Shown here: piece after piece, positions 35,501 through 47,200 of the stretch
Numbering within the stretch: position 1 is the first letter of the stretch
Layout of the letters: the number at the start of each line of letters is the position of its first letter
Source of the DNA: Takakia lepidozioides
Lineage: Eukaryota; Plantae; Bryophyta
Direction: 5' to 3'
Assembly: GCA_030704615.1 (NCBI GenBank)
Contig: CM060732.1
Location: forward strand, 26,536,001-26,600,000
DNA: 64,000 nt
The notes under the pieces: generated by a model
The model's database searches: none
Told to the model about the DNA's origin: nothing
What the model saw: the letters and a program-made list of their open reading frames with translations, nothing else
Made by a program: the position numbers and the translations under genes

Positions 35501-38500
35501 GATTAACTTGAGGACCCTGGAGCGCCGAGTAGATGAAGAAATGGTGGCACTCCAGACTAGGCAGCGTGATCACCGCGACAGACTGTCATCAATATTTGAA
35601 GCACTTCATCAAGGCGAGGGGACAGATGGCCTTTCGAGAGAACTTAATGCTATCCGGGATCATTACGCGCAATATTTAGTTCCACACCCCCCACAGCAAC
35701 ATACCCCAGTGGTAGTCCCAGATGGCAGGGCCTCACCCCGCCACAGCAGGGCTTCTCGACCACCTTCTTCATCTCCTCAAGTTGGGCCCTTGACCAGAGT
35801 CCAAGCTATCGAACCCTCTCAGTCACCAGCATCCCAGGTCATTGAGCGTGCAGTATTTGCAAATGCTCATGGGACTCAACAAATATCTCATCCCCAGAAT
35901 AGGTCACACCTGCAGAGTCGAAACCCCCTGCAGCAGGAAGTCGCTGGTTCGCAGGGTGCATTGTCACCTGGTGAGTCTGTTCAGGGGGCAAGTCGGGGTC
36001 AATTCCCAGGGCAGAGCAGGATGGGGCGGTCTGCAGCTGTTTCCAATCAGCAGCGAGCAGTGCAAACTCAGCAGGTTCTGCCTGTGCAATTGGGCAATGT
36101 TGCCCGTGGCCAGTGGTCCCGGTCTGTGCAGGCCCAACCCACTAACCAGGGACAACAACTACCATCCCTCAATAATGGTCAAAGGGTTTCCCAGGTTGCG
36201 CAACTTAGCATACATCATGTGCAGAATGTGAACCAGGGGTTGGCAACAGTAAGCAGAGGACCTCAAGCCCTCGTGTCTTCTTCAGCCAATGTGGCTTCGG
36301 GAGGCATTCCCATCCTTGCCTCTGCGTCAAGGGGTCCAAGCCCTGCACCAGCTGGCCCAGTATGTCCTCTGGCTCCCTCTGTGCTGTGAAAATAAATCAT
36401 GAGAAAGACCACATATGACTCTTGCACATGAAACTTTGTTTTCAGAGTGCTTTTAGGAGCTCCATTTTCTTTATGGAGCATCTCTTGACATTGGTCTTAC
36501 CTTACCTTACCTTACTGTATTCAAGCAGTAGTTGACATCCTGATGTTTATGTACTGTGTCTTGTGTCTGCAGGCTGCTGCCGTCCCTGGCCCATCATGTG
36601 TTAGTCAGGCCCACCAGATTCCTGATGCACTCTTAAGAGAGCGAGAGAAGCTGAGCGGGGAGGCTGACAGACTCAAGCGAACATACGAGGAAGAGGTGGA
36701 CCTCTGGGTGCACAAACCTGTCCTAGTCTGTATTTGTATTTTTCCTGGAATTGGTTTATATAGGCTCAGGAGGCCAAAGCAGTGCTTGGTAACTACAGGT
36801 TCCAGCTTGTTTAATGATATGTAGGATAGGATGGCGACAGGAAGTCAATGGAAACTCATATCCACGGTTTTGAGATTTCAAGCTGTAATACGCAGTTGTA
36901 TGTCATACACTTGCAAAGAGTGAATGAGTCATGAGCTTTATTTCTGTCATGTATCTTGCCAATTGTTGGTGATCTGAGACTCCCGACTGTCCATAAGTAT
37001 AAGATGGTCAATAGAGCATTCCTTGGGACTCAATCAAGTGATGTATGGTGTGTTCGTGTTGACTTCACTCAATGAAATTGTACCATGAGCTAACTTACAT
37101 GTGGAGAAATGTTCCAGTTTTAATTTTTGGAGACCTGTTCAACCAAAGGCAAATGTGTTTTGCCATGAACTGAGTGGTGATATTACTGGGTTGTAGGCAA
37201 AAAGGATCACAGCAGAATACCAAAGAGAGGCGGACATACTACGGAAAAGATTTGAGGGCCTTTTATTTGAGGAGCATCGCTCCTTCTATCAAAAACAGCA
37301 AATTTTGCACCGTAACATTGCGAAAGTGGACCTGAATCGCCAATTAGCTGAGGCTTTGCAGTGGGAAGGTGTGAATTTACATAATGGTAACCCCCTAAGG
37401 CTCCTCCTTTACCTCTCTGTCTCCGTTGTAATTGCGCTTTAGCACAGGTTTCCTTCAACAGTAGAGTGATAATTACACTGCTGACTTAACTCGCTGGTCA
37501 CCCATTGTACACTTGTGAGCTCTAAGTATCGCTGTAGGTGTTTTGGCAACTGTTATCTGTCAGATTTCTGCTTTACAAGTTACCTCAAGTTTATCCTGTG
37601 TGATGATTAGCAGAACTTTTTCCTGTGATTAGGTGTAGTTCAGGGATGTTTGAATATCAAAGGATGGGTTGAAGTGACTGAAAATGCCCTTTCTGGCAGG
37701 GCTTTATACAGTTCCGGCTAGTGCTGCTAGTCAAGGGGAGAATTCAGGCATTGGTGCAACATTTTCTCGTGCACAGCAATTTAGTACCCCAACAACTGTC
37801 GGTATCATGCGAGGGGGGCTCTCAATAACTTCAACATCCAACATCAATACTTCACAGGGGAGCGTGCCGAGCATGTCTTCTGGCCCAGGCCCCTTGTTGA
37901 TGCCAGGTACAACATTGTAGGGATGGATGGATTTTCTATGTCAACCAGAAATGCAAGTTTCTTCAGATGACATGCCTTCCCAAAAAAGTTCATTTCTACA
38001 AATACTACACTTGATCAATGTCGCAGGACTTATCCTCCGCACTTGATTTTCCAGAAGTGTTCACTCGTGCATAAGCTGATGGAGAGGAGAGTGACTTACT
38101 TACACTCCTATCTGTAGGTCATCACACCAGGGACAAGAACTTGGGCTCCTGGAGTTTGGATTCTAATGTGAAGAACTTCTTTTAGTTTGGAGTTGACTCA
38201 TCGCTCTGTTTATGTCATGGGCAAACAGGCACTCCGAATATGGGCAGGCAAGGTGGGGTTGCTGGTAACCGTGTTGTCACTACCTCCTTTCCCCTGCCCC
38301 CATCAGTTGCCAGAAGCAGGGTTGCTACAGCACCGCAGAACTCTCAGCAACAACCTCCACGACGATTCTCTCATGCATCCATGTTGTCTCTTCAGCGAAG
38401 CATAGGTAAGAGAACCTGTCCTCCTCGCCGAGTAGATGATGTTTGAAGTTGGGCATCAAAAGAGGTGTTCGATTTACAATGTTAGGCTCGTATTTGTGAA

Positions 38501-39115
38501 CCAGCAGGTGGCAATGGTGTTTCTTCAACGTCAACGCCTCCACCAACAGCAGTTCACACGACGCAGCGGCAAACTGTTATAAGCAATGGTGGTGGCTTGT
38601 TTGATGTCAGCAGTAATCCAAACAATGGGTTACCTGCTCCGAGGTCTGCTGTCACACACCTGAACCCTGTGGAACGCAGGGTTGGAAGTAACCAAGGCGG
38701 GGCTCTTTTCACAGACCCACCAATGAGAGCACAAGTCGTGCAAACCTCCATGGTGGCATCAGGGTCCACAGCAGCAGGCCCTGGACACAGATGGATGATT
38801 ACCCTCAGCCCAGTGACAACAGCAATACCAGCGCATTCGGTAACAGTTACGGCTTCAGTCACCCCACCCACAGCAGTTGCAGCAAGGGATGTGCGGCATA
38901 TAGGGATGGGTACCGAATCATCAGCCATTGATGCTCAAAGACTTGCAGATGTGATTTTAGGACGTACAAGAACAGGTCAGAGTAGTGGTGGTCCACTAGG
39001 GCCGGATTCTGGTGTGGGGACAGCTCATGGACAAGGTGATGATGCACATTTACTGGCTACAACCAAAGAAATGCCTGCAAGTGTAATCTACTTGTCTGAC
39101 AGCGATGAGGATTGA
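20523..39115 (+). CDS. MOM1: MOM1-like (CHD3-derived) transcriptional silencing factor; about 25 exons; true start lies upstream of 20523 and is unresolved
   Basis: GT-AG exons join in frame and give, in order: [11 protein letters not shown] motif (22300-22475); PWWP-like region (23320-24260); PHD1 (25325-25742); PHD2 (27065-27400); two chromodomains (27420-27930, 28517-28745); both SNF2 lobes with degenerate motifs (29116-31920); [11 protein letters not shown]; MOM1 helical/CMM1-like segment [15 protein letters not shown]...[16 protein letters not shown] (33160-33850); coiled coil (35320-35600); CMM2-like [24 protein letters not shown] (36620-36695); terminal SIM-like [10 protein letters not shown]. 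Confidence 0.85.
31227..31300 (+). mobile_element. Short 3'-end remnant of the LINE family seen at 42000-43219, inside a MOM1 intron
   Basis: TGACAGAGGT...CCGCTCAAACTGGGCGCGGGGTCAA is nearly identical to 43165-43219. Confidence 0.6.
33407..33467. repeat. Intronic minisatellite (GTCAGCATCA(T/C)TTT) x4
   Basis: Directly visible tandem units of about 14 bp just after a splice donor. Confidence 0.8.
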
Positions 39116-40016
39116 TTTTGAGGTCTTCTGTTGCACACATAACATATAGCTGAAGCCTATTTCAGCTCAAGCCGGGTAAGTTGACAACAATGAGGCCTGA
39201 TATATTTCAAACCACATGAGATTCTGGAATATTTTGAGAAGATTGTAGGGCTACTAATTGGCACAACTCATGAGGACGGCTTCTCTATACAGAAGAGCAG
39301 CCTGTTGGGCAGCTGGTCTTTGCAGGGGTGGGTATGGCTTCCTCTATGTCGGTCTTCCTTTGTATTATACATTACAGCCAATTTTGTGCTCCCGTGGGCT
39401 ACTTCCCTTTTTGCCCAAGAATTTTGTAACATACAGTTGAGAGAAGCTCTCAGATCTATTGGACTCCAAGGTGGCAAATTGTGTCGGTAGATCAAGAATT
39501 TACCAACAACAAGAAATGAGCTCAGGAGAAGTTAGTAACAGAAAATCTGCTTTTCTCGTCCTTTGAAACAGTAAAGATCATTTTGTAATTTTCTCCCTCT
39601 CACATGGGCTACATGGGCTGTATGTGGATCTGTGTATTTTGTCAACCACTGGACAGTAAACTTCCTTTCCTTGGCTTTCACTCACTTTTGAGGTTGCATA
39701 ATAAAACATTGCAATGTCTCTAGGACTCGGAATACAGGTCCTCTTACAACACTTCAGAGCACTCACAACGAGACTCTTTTTTTCACCTTGGATCTACCAG
39801 ATGGTGACTTCCTGTTTATGACACTAGTTTGAACCTTGAATGTCTAAGACTTCTTCAGAGACGTGAAAAATGCATTCTAGTAGCTGTAGTGAAGTCTGGC
39901 TACTATTGTACCTACTGTTCCTCCTAATTAGCAAAAGAAGTTATAAAGGTAATAATCGCTCAAAACTAAATGGAGCAAAAGGGTGGAATGTGGACTCTTG
40001 CCCAAGCAAGCCTATG

Positions 40017-40200
40017 TTAACCCCTACACCCCCTGGGGGGGGGGGGGTTTACCTTCGGGGAAAAAATGGACCCTGCTATGTAAATGGGTGTAATTCCCTA
40101 CTGTTTTACAATTAAGAAAATGTGACCGGACAATCTGTGCCCACTTCCCACCTTTCTCTGCACTTGCATGCGAAATTGTCGGCCAATGGTACCTCATCTG
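40017..40200 (+). repeat. Dispersed repeat with a TTAA-CCCC terminus, related to 3193-3340
   Basis: Shared blocks GAAAAAA(A/T)TG(G)ACCC and TGACCGGACAA(A/T)CTGT...CTGCAC(C/T)TGCATGC(C/G)AAATT at both loci. The copy here starts TTAACCCCTA. Confidence 0.5.
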
Positions 40201-40479
40201 CAAATAATGTTAGGCCGTTTAGAGTTGAATGCAGCCTAGGGTGGTTGGTCAAAGCAGAGGGAGGTATTTTTTTGCCATCTGAACTTTGGCACTCGGCATG
40301 CACGAGAGAGAGAACGCAGGAAGGAAAAGAAAACGGCTGGAGCAGCTAACTCTTAGTGCTACGATCCCCGTTATACCCCGAGGCAGGTCGAAGATTCCAG
40401 GGCTAGAAACAGTCGCTTCACAAACCGTGGAAGTAAGCAACACGAGAGAGAGGAAGAGGGGAGTGGAGGGGAGGCAAAG

Positions 40480-40915
40480 ATGGTGGCTACAGCGAGCATG
40501 GTGGGGGCCATTATGGGTCTGAGCGTGCAGTTTTACTCGAATGGAATTCGAAAGCTTCCTCTCATGCGCCGTGTGTCTCCCTCTTCCCTTTCTATGTGAT
40601 CGTGCCCATTCAAACCTAATATTGCTTGGTCTGAGCTGTAAAGCATGCGTCGTGAGGAAATTCTTCTTAGGAACTCCATGTCGTCTCCTAATGTGTTGCA
40701 GACTGCCCCGCCTTAATGGCGTGCAGTGACGAGGGTTAATGGCGCAGAGGGTTGGTGCTCTTGTCGGTTTTCCGCAGATCCATGGGAGCATGTGATTGCG
40801 ATGGGGTTTGGCGGCGCGTTTGCAAATGCGGTGGTAAAGTGGGAGGTGCATTTGGAGGAGGAGCTCGACAAGCGGCTGGAAGAAGCTCAAAATGCCAATA
40901 AAAAACGCTTCATTG
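40480..40915 (+). CDS. NDUFC2: Mitochondrial complex I subunit NDUFC2/B14.5b; exons 40480-40570 and 40778-40915; short last exon unresolved (candidate at ~41775)
   Basis: Spliced translation MVATASMVGAIMGLSVQFYSNGIRKLPLMRHPWEHVIAMGFGGAFANAVVKWEVHLEEELDKRLEEAQNANKKRFI matches the plant family motif YSN.lRKLP.MRHPWEHV..MG. The GT-AG intron restores the frame. Confidence 0.88.
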
Positions 40916-41999
40916 GTGCGACCCCCTATTCCTTTCTTACTCTTCCTGGCTACTTGGTTGCCTTCCTTCCCGTTTTCTGTCCTTGACTCTCTCGATTTTG
41001 TGACTTGCACCGTAGTTTGACAATTTTCTCTTGATCGGTGGGTCAGGTACCATGAGAGCCGTGGAGAACTAATGCCTGCAACCAACATGAATTCTTTAGA
41101 TTGGATAAAGGGGCAGGCGATGGACTGAGGAACTACTTCGCTTTGTATGTCGAATGCAACAACTGTGTGTATCACTTTTGCTTCAACGTAGAGCTGTCAA
41201 GTGTTGTTACATGCTGATTTTTAGGGTAATAGACTGACCCCATGGTGAATGTGAAGTAAATTGTCTGGGAGATTAGACAGAGGGAAGATGTACCACAAGT
41301 TGTCAGTGGAGGTATGGATCATGGTAGTGAACATCAAGCTGATGATGGAATCTTGAAAGTTTGGCAATTGGTACATCCATGTCTCTCTAGATTGACCATC
41401 CAAACTCAAATAGAAATTGTTCCTTGTATGCCTCAAGCATTGGCTAGAGATTGTGTTCCTCTGCAAGAACATAAAAGATCTGATATGAGAACTGCCTTTT
41501 TCGGGATATTCTTGACCGAGGAAACTCTCAAGAAGGCATGCGACAGATTAGGAGGTACCTGCTGGCATCAGGAGAAAGCGGTAGGAACATCTCAAATGCC
41601 TCCCTCATGCCGTTATTTGCAAATCTCCAAGCAGATTTCCAGCTCTGGCAGAAACTGTAGTCATGGCCCAAACTTGGCCTCTCAGATCTTGGAGACTAGC
41701 ATGCAGATCAGACTGTGGGGTGTAGTTGATGGCTTATGACATAATTTTGAGAAATCAATCATCTTGATTCTCAGAGGAATGATGCAGAGTCCACCGGGTT
41801 GGCTTCTCTAGTTTGGAACTGTCAAGTAAGTGGTGCTGCTTCTAACTTTGAAACCCCCTGGACTTGTGTTAGTAACTTGATTCTTGCATTAAGCGACATA
41901 TCTTCTTCTCATCCATGGTGTTGTTTGTATAACTCTTGTGAAATGTTGAAGTAGCTGTATTTCTTGCCAGCCTGAGTTGACTACTTGCAATTAGATAGC

Positions 42000-43219
42000 C
42001 TACAAGTTTCCACGCCTGCACTCTCTCTCTCTGTCAGTAAATGTGCAGTGGTGGCATTCAACGACAGAGGAGAGGGAGGAAGTGATCTTAAGTGGCAGTG
42101 GGGTAGCCAAGAGATTCCAGTCCTCTCTTCCTACACATACCTGGGCGTTGAGTTTTCCTCCAACTGTAACTGGGATGCACATATCCAGAAAGTTGTTCAA
42201 ACTGGCAAGGGCAAAGCGCTGAGTCTCACTAAATTTTCCACTGCAGAGGGATTAACTCTGAGGTCAAGAAAACCTTGCTTTGCCGTGTTATTAGACCTGC
42301 CTTGGAGTACGGATCTGCCATATGGGTTGATAACTCCAACCAGGCTAAGTCTCTAGAATCCATTCAAGTGGGAGTGCTTAAGGAGTGCATGTCAGCATGC
42401 TCCAAAACAGCCAATGTGGCTGTTCGGGGTGAGTTTGGCATCCCTTCCTTAAGCTCCCGACCAGATGAATTCAAGGTCAGATGGTGGGGTCAGTTGCAAC
42501 ACATGTCCAACAACAGATACCCTAAGTTAATCGACTCTATATTTTGGAAACAGGACCGCCCTGTCAAACAGGCTGGCAGAAGAGAGTAGAAGAGATTCTC
42601 AAGATCTGAATCTGGACCTGCAAGTCTTGACCTTGCTGGATAAATCTGACTTAGAGACTGTAGTGTCCAAAGCCATGTCTGTTACCAGAAAATTGTCTGA
42701 TGCAAATGAAGTTAGGCAGAAAACATCCCTGAACCTGTTTCCAGTCTGACATGGGGGAGGATATTATGGATGACCTCAAGGGTCTACCCACTCTCGGCAC
42801 CAGACTGAAATTTAAACTCGGGGCAGGAAGCCTACCTTTGAACAGTAAACAGAAGCAGAGAGGAAAAGGACAATTGCCCGTTGTGTGGGCAACCCGAAGA
42901 CAACATTTTCTGATTCACTGTCCGGTGTACTCTCACCAGAGAGAAGCTCTCCTCCAATCTATCAAGAGAATTGTGCCTGTACCTCTGTTTACCAACTTTG
43001 AAAGTCTCAGGCTGAGCCAAAAGCCCAGGCCGTTCTGAGGCCTAGTTTTTGGGCAAATCACACACAGCGGATTGATGCTTGTGTGAAGGGATTTCTAGAG
43101 GATATCTGGAAAACCCCAATCAATTCTATGTATAAAGGTAAGTCTTACTACCAATGTCAGCCCCTGACAGAGGTAGGTTCTGGCCCTATGGTTTCCGCTC
43201 AAACTGGGCGCAGGGTCAA
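42000..43219 (+). mobile_element. 5'-truncated non-LTR retrotransposon (RT C-terminus plus CCHC finger), RTEX-like
   Basis: SKCAVVAF...YTYLGVEF...W..HI; RPALEYGSAIW...LESIQ; AVRGEFG; TRLKFKL.AGSLPL; DNCPLCGQPE(fs)HFLIHCPVY...R. Several frameshifts. The clade assignment is inference. Confidence 0.8.
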
Positions 43220-44201
43220 GTACATTCTCTCCTCTCAGCATAAATCCCAACATAAATCCCAACAACACCACAGCATTGCCCAAACATTCATTTGGTGAGC
43301 TTGCAAGGAACACCACCAAATGTGCCAACATAATGCAATTTAAATACAAAGTGCTGGGATTTAGTCTTAGGCCTATTTGATTTTGAACCAACTCAAGGCA
43401 GACATGGCGGTCCATTTGAAATTAAAAACTTCAAAGCCAAGACCTGTCACTTGTCAAAGTCCACTGGTTCATATGACATCCAACATGGAAAATACTGGCT
43501 GTAAAACCTTTGCATCCCAATTGGTATCCACTTCACCTCAATTAGGGATCATCAGGCAGATAGTCTTGTCAGACCTGAAAGTCAAAAGTTGGAATTTCTC
43601 ATAAAGGCATTCAATAATATACAACATATTCAAGAGAAAGTAGCTAATAGCAAACATCATGATGTTATCTTGCAAACTTGTGCTACACAAGTATTCACCT
43701 GGGGAGGTGCAATTGGTGGATCTTTTCCATGCTACACCTGCTGGTGAGGATTCAGCTCATGACAATTTTACTTTCTATAAAAGCTTGTCTTGTTTCTTGA
43801 AAACATTAATGTGACATTCTAGACCATATGCACATACAACCAGCAGTCTGCTTCACATGCACCAAAGTACTGCCGAGCTGTCAAGCTAAGGTGGACAAGC
43901 AAGCTCTTGCGTCAATTGGGAGGTTCTTTTCATGCGATTCCCTCTTAGGTACACCAGGCTCTGCACACAAAAATAAGAGCTTCAGAGTGATGTTATTACC
44001 CCTAGTTCACTAAAACCTAGTCTTAGACAAATTAATAGCATGAGCATAATCATTACCTCATTGTATGACATTATCTCCAGGCTTGTTAAGCAAAGCAAAT
44101 CAACAGACTGAGCAGGCCTGGTTCAACATTGACACAGTTGACAAGCTGCTTCTCAGAACCCAAACAACTCTGACTGTTAAAACAAGTACCAGATCATACG
44201 C

Positions 44202-47200
44202 CTACTTTCGATGTACAGTTCGCCCACTACGGCTAGTGCTCCCAGCAGCACCTGCACTTGGCGGTGTTTGGTTCTGCAGGGACGCCAACTCACGAACACG
44301 CGCCAGTATGGGAGCTGGGATAGCTGCTGTGAACTGCTTCTTCCTTTCTCCCTGCTTGTGCCAATCCGCATGTTAGACCCATATGGTTGTTCTGATCCCA
44401 AAAAGCATTCTGTGTAAGTGCTAGAAAGCTCCCATTCAAGAGGCAAGATTTAACTGACACAAGTTAATGCCATAGACAATCTACCACCCCACCCTGAGAC
44501 CAACACAATTTCAGGCAGGCATAGGGCAAGCCTGCAAAGTTCATTTGAAGTTACAAATGACAAAGAGAAAGGAGAAAACCCACACCTGCTTGGGGGGGTG
44601 TAGCTGGGCTCGACTAGCTCGTAAAAGATTTCGCCACTTATCCTGTGAACAACTCACAGACAACTCAAAACGACCACATGGAAATTGGATCGATCCCACC
44701 CCAATTAACATGCCTCTTACAAAACACTCCATTAAAGAAAGTGTCCTACTAACTGTTAATGACCAAAACTCTCATAGTGCAAAAGATTTTTTCATCAATA
44801 CCATTGTGTATACCCACAAAAAAGGAAACATCACATATCTCATTCACTGACTTACTCATTTCGTCTTTTTCATTCTTTCAGCCACCAAATGCTCCAATTC
44901 ATGCCTCACTTAGCTCTCAGACTGCAACCACAATACAATGAGGCACTGGCAATAACATTCATACCTTCAAGTCAACAGCCGTACGGTAACCAACAGATGC
45001 AAATGCTAGCTTCTTTATGTCAGCCCACTTCCCACCACCACAACGAGCAACACCCTCAACCAACGTCATGACTTCACGAAGAGTCCATGGACGGTGATGT
45101 TTCCGACGAGTCCCACCGTTTGCTGTCGGAACTGTCGCAATTGGCTGCTCACCTGCAGCATCTGCCCTGGAGTCCGGCTGCAAAGTTCCAGAATCTTCAA
45201 CTGGAATTACGGGCAACAAGCATGACACTTGGTCCCCAGTCCCTGTGTTGGCCTCGATTGAGCCATCCTGAACATCAGCCAAACCTTGCTGTTGAGTTGG
45301 AGAGAAGGGAGACGGAGAGAAAGGGAAATTAATTACGATGCTGCATGCCTTGGCAGAAAGAGTACTCGGATCTTTGGGAGGATAGAAACGGTGTTCATTC
45401 CCTTGTCTATCTTATGGAAGCTGAGAGCAATGGCTGGGGTTGGCAATCTGATGTGTCTGCCCAACACAGCTTCATGATTTCGAGAACGGCCCTTGCCTCA
45501 TAATTTTCCCCAACATTCACCCAAAAGGTCTGTCCATGGCAATACTTTATCAACCTATCAACCTTTCCATGTCATCCAGCAATAACATGTGAAGTACACT
45601 AAATCCATATACGCCAAGCACAGATGAAGTAAATTCAACGCTCTAGAGAGGAGAGTTAACAAGGTGCAGCAGTTAAGGAGCTTCTGGCCTCAAACCCACT
45701 GCTTTGGTGTGTAGTTTGATGCCCTTTGAACACATGAAGTCCACCCAAAGAGTATGTTGAGAGTCACCTCTCCGCCTGGTGCAGCTGGTAATCGGAATTT
45801 GACTTTGCGGACAGTGTCTAATGTGTCCCGGCGAGCAGCTCGTGCAGAGTGTGCCATCTTCACAAGCTTTGTGGCCCTCCCCTCTACCTTGCGATTCTGT
45901 ACGCAGCCAATCCCAAATACATTGATATTGACCCTTCCCACTATTATCTGTAGTTACAATAAATATAGAGCCCTAGAGGTCTTTGTGTTTACTTACAGAA
46001 ATGAAAGACCTTTAAGTACTCATTAGGTCAAGTTTCTTCATCAGGTAGGTGGCAGTGTTAGGCTAGTAAGCCAAACATCAACTTGAAGTTCTCTTGACTA
46101 ACTTGAAAGACCAACCTTCAGTTTCAGGTAATTTTAACATTTCTCAACACATATCAAAGAGGATGTATACCAGGGCACCATTTCCATGCTTGGTGCGGAG
46201 TCCATGGGATACAATTGCAAGGGGAACGTTCCGCAACCTCGAACCTCGCAGCGTGCCAGGCCTGCCAATGCGTTCACCTGAAACATCTGATTCGCTGACC
46301 CTCCAGGAAAGCCTAGTGGCTGCTCCCAGATTTCCACTGGAATCATTGCCAATGGAAACTGGCTTACTACCATTAGCTGGGGCACCACCCAGTCCTCCAT
46401 CCCCCTCTTCAATGTACCTACGGTTTGGCTTCCGCTGCCTTTTACTCCCAACCTGGTCGCCAAGGTGTGCTTCCTCGCCAAATATGGCTATCTGGCGAAC
46501 CCCAGCTCCAATGCCATTTAAGCTGCCAGATGTTTTAGGATCGAGAGCCCCACCAGGAGAGATTATGGTCAGAGGAAGGGTCCTCCGATGAGGTTGCCTG
46601 CTGTCCGACACCCTGGTGACAGGCCCCTTGCTGGGTTCATTCCCATTGGTGCCTTCTTCTCGTGCCCCATTAGCCGCTCCCCTTTCACTGGCCCTTGCCA
46701 TCCCTGGTGCCAATGAAGGCAGCGGTGGCTCAGCAGAGAAAGGGCGATGCAGCCTAGCTATTACAGCAGTCTCTGAAGGTAACTGACCATGCTTGGTATC
46801 CTCAAAAAACCCAGCACCTGAATCGGCATCATCACGTCTTTTACTCCATCCTGCAGAAATCTGCCGCTTCAGCCAGTGCTTGTCCTTAACAGATGTTTCC
46901 CGTCCGTAGGTGGTGCGGAAGGCCTCATGAAGTTCCCTGATGGATAGATTGTCCAGGCGGATATCGGTATGCGATGCAAACCTGGCACCAGGGGCTGATG
47001 AGGGGGGTGCCTCCACTTTCATGGACGTCCGGGTGAATGGTTTCTGAGCTACCACAGTCCGGGCCCTCTGCGTCCCAACAGCACGAACTGAGCTTCCATG
47101 GGAATCCCACCCAGGGTTGACTTTAGAGGAGATGCCTGAAACTGATGCATGCAAGGGCTCTTTTTCAGGTAAGCTCAAAGTTGCAGCAGCTTCTCCATCA

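Noticed and set aside
40017-40739. piggyBac element capturing NDUFC2 exon 1 (TTAACCC at 40017 paired with GGGTTAA at 40733)
   Set aside because: The inverted match is limited to TTAACCC plus about one base, and the gene splices normally; likely chance.
40249-41175. 308-aa minus-strand ORF
   Set aside because: Antisense shadow across the NDUFC2 exons and introns; no recognisable domain.
41314-41739. 141-aa ORF downstream of NDUFC2 exon 2
   Set aside because: No recognisable family; probably intronic or a decayed insert.
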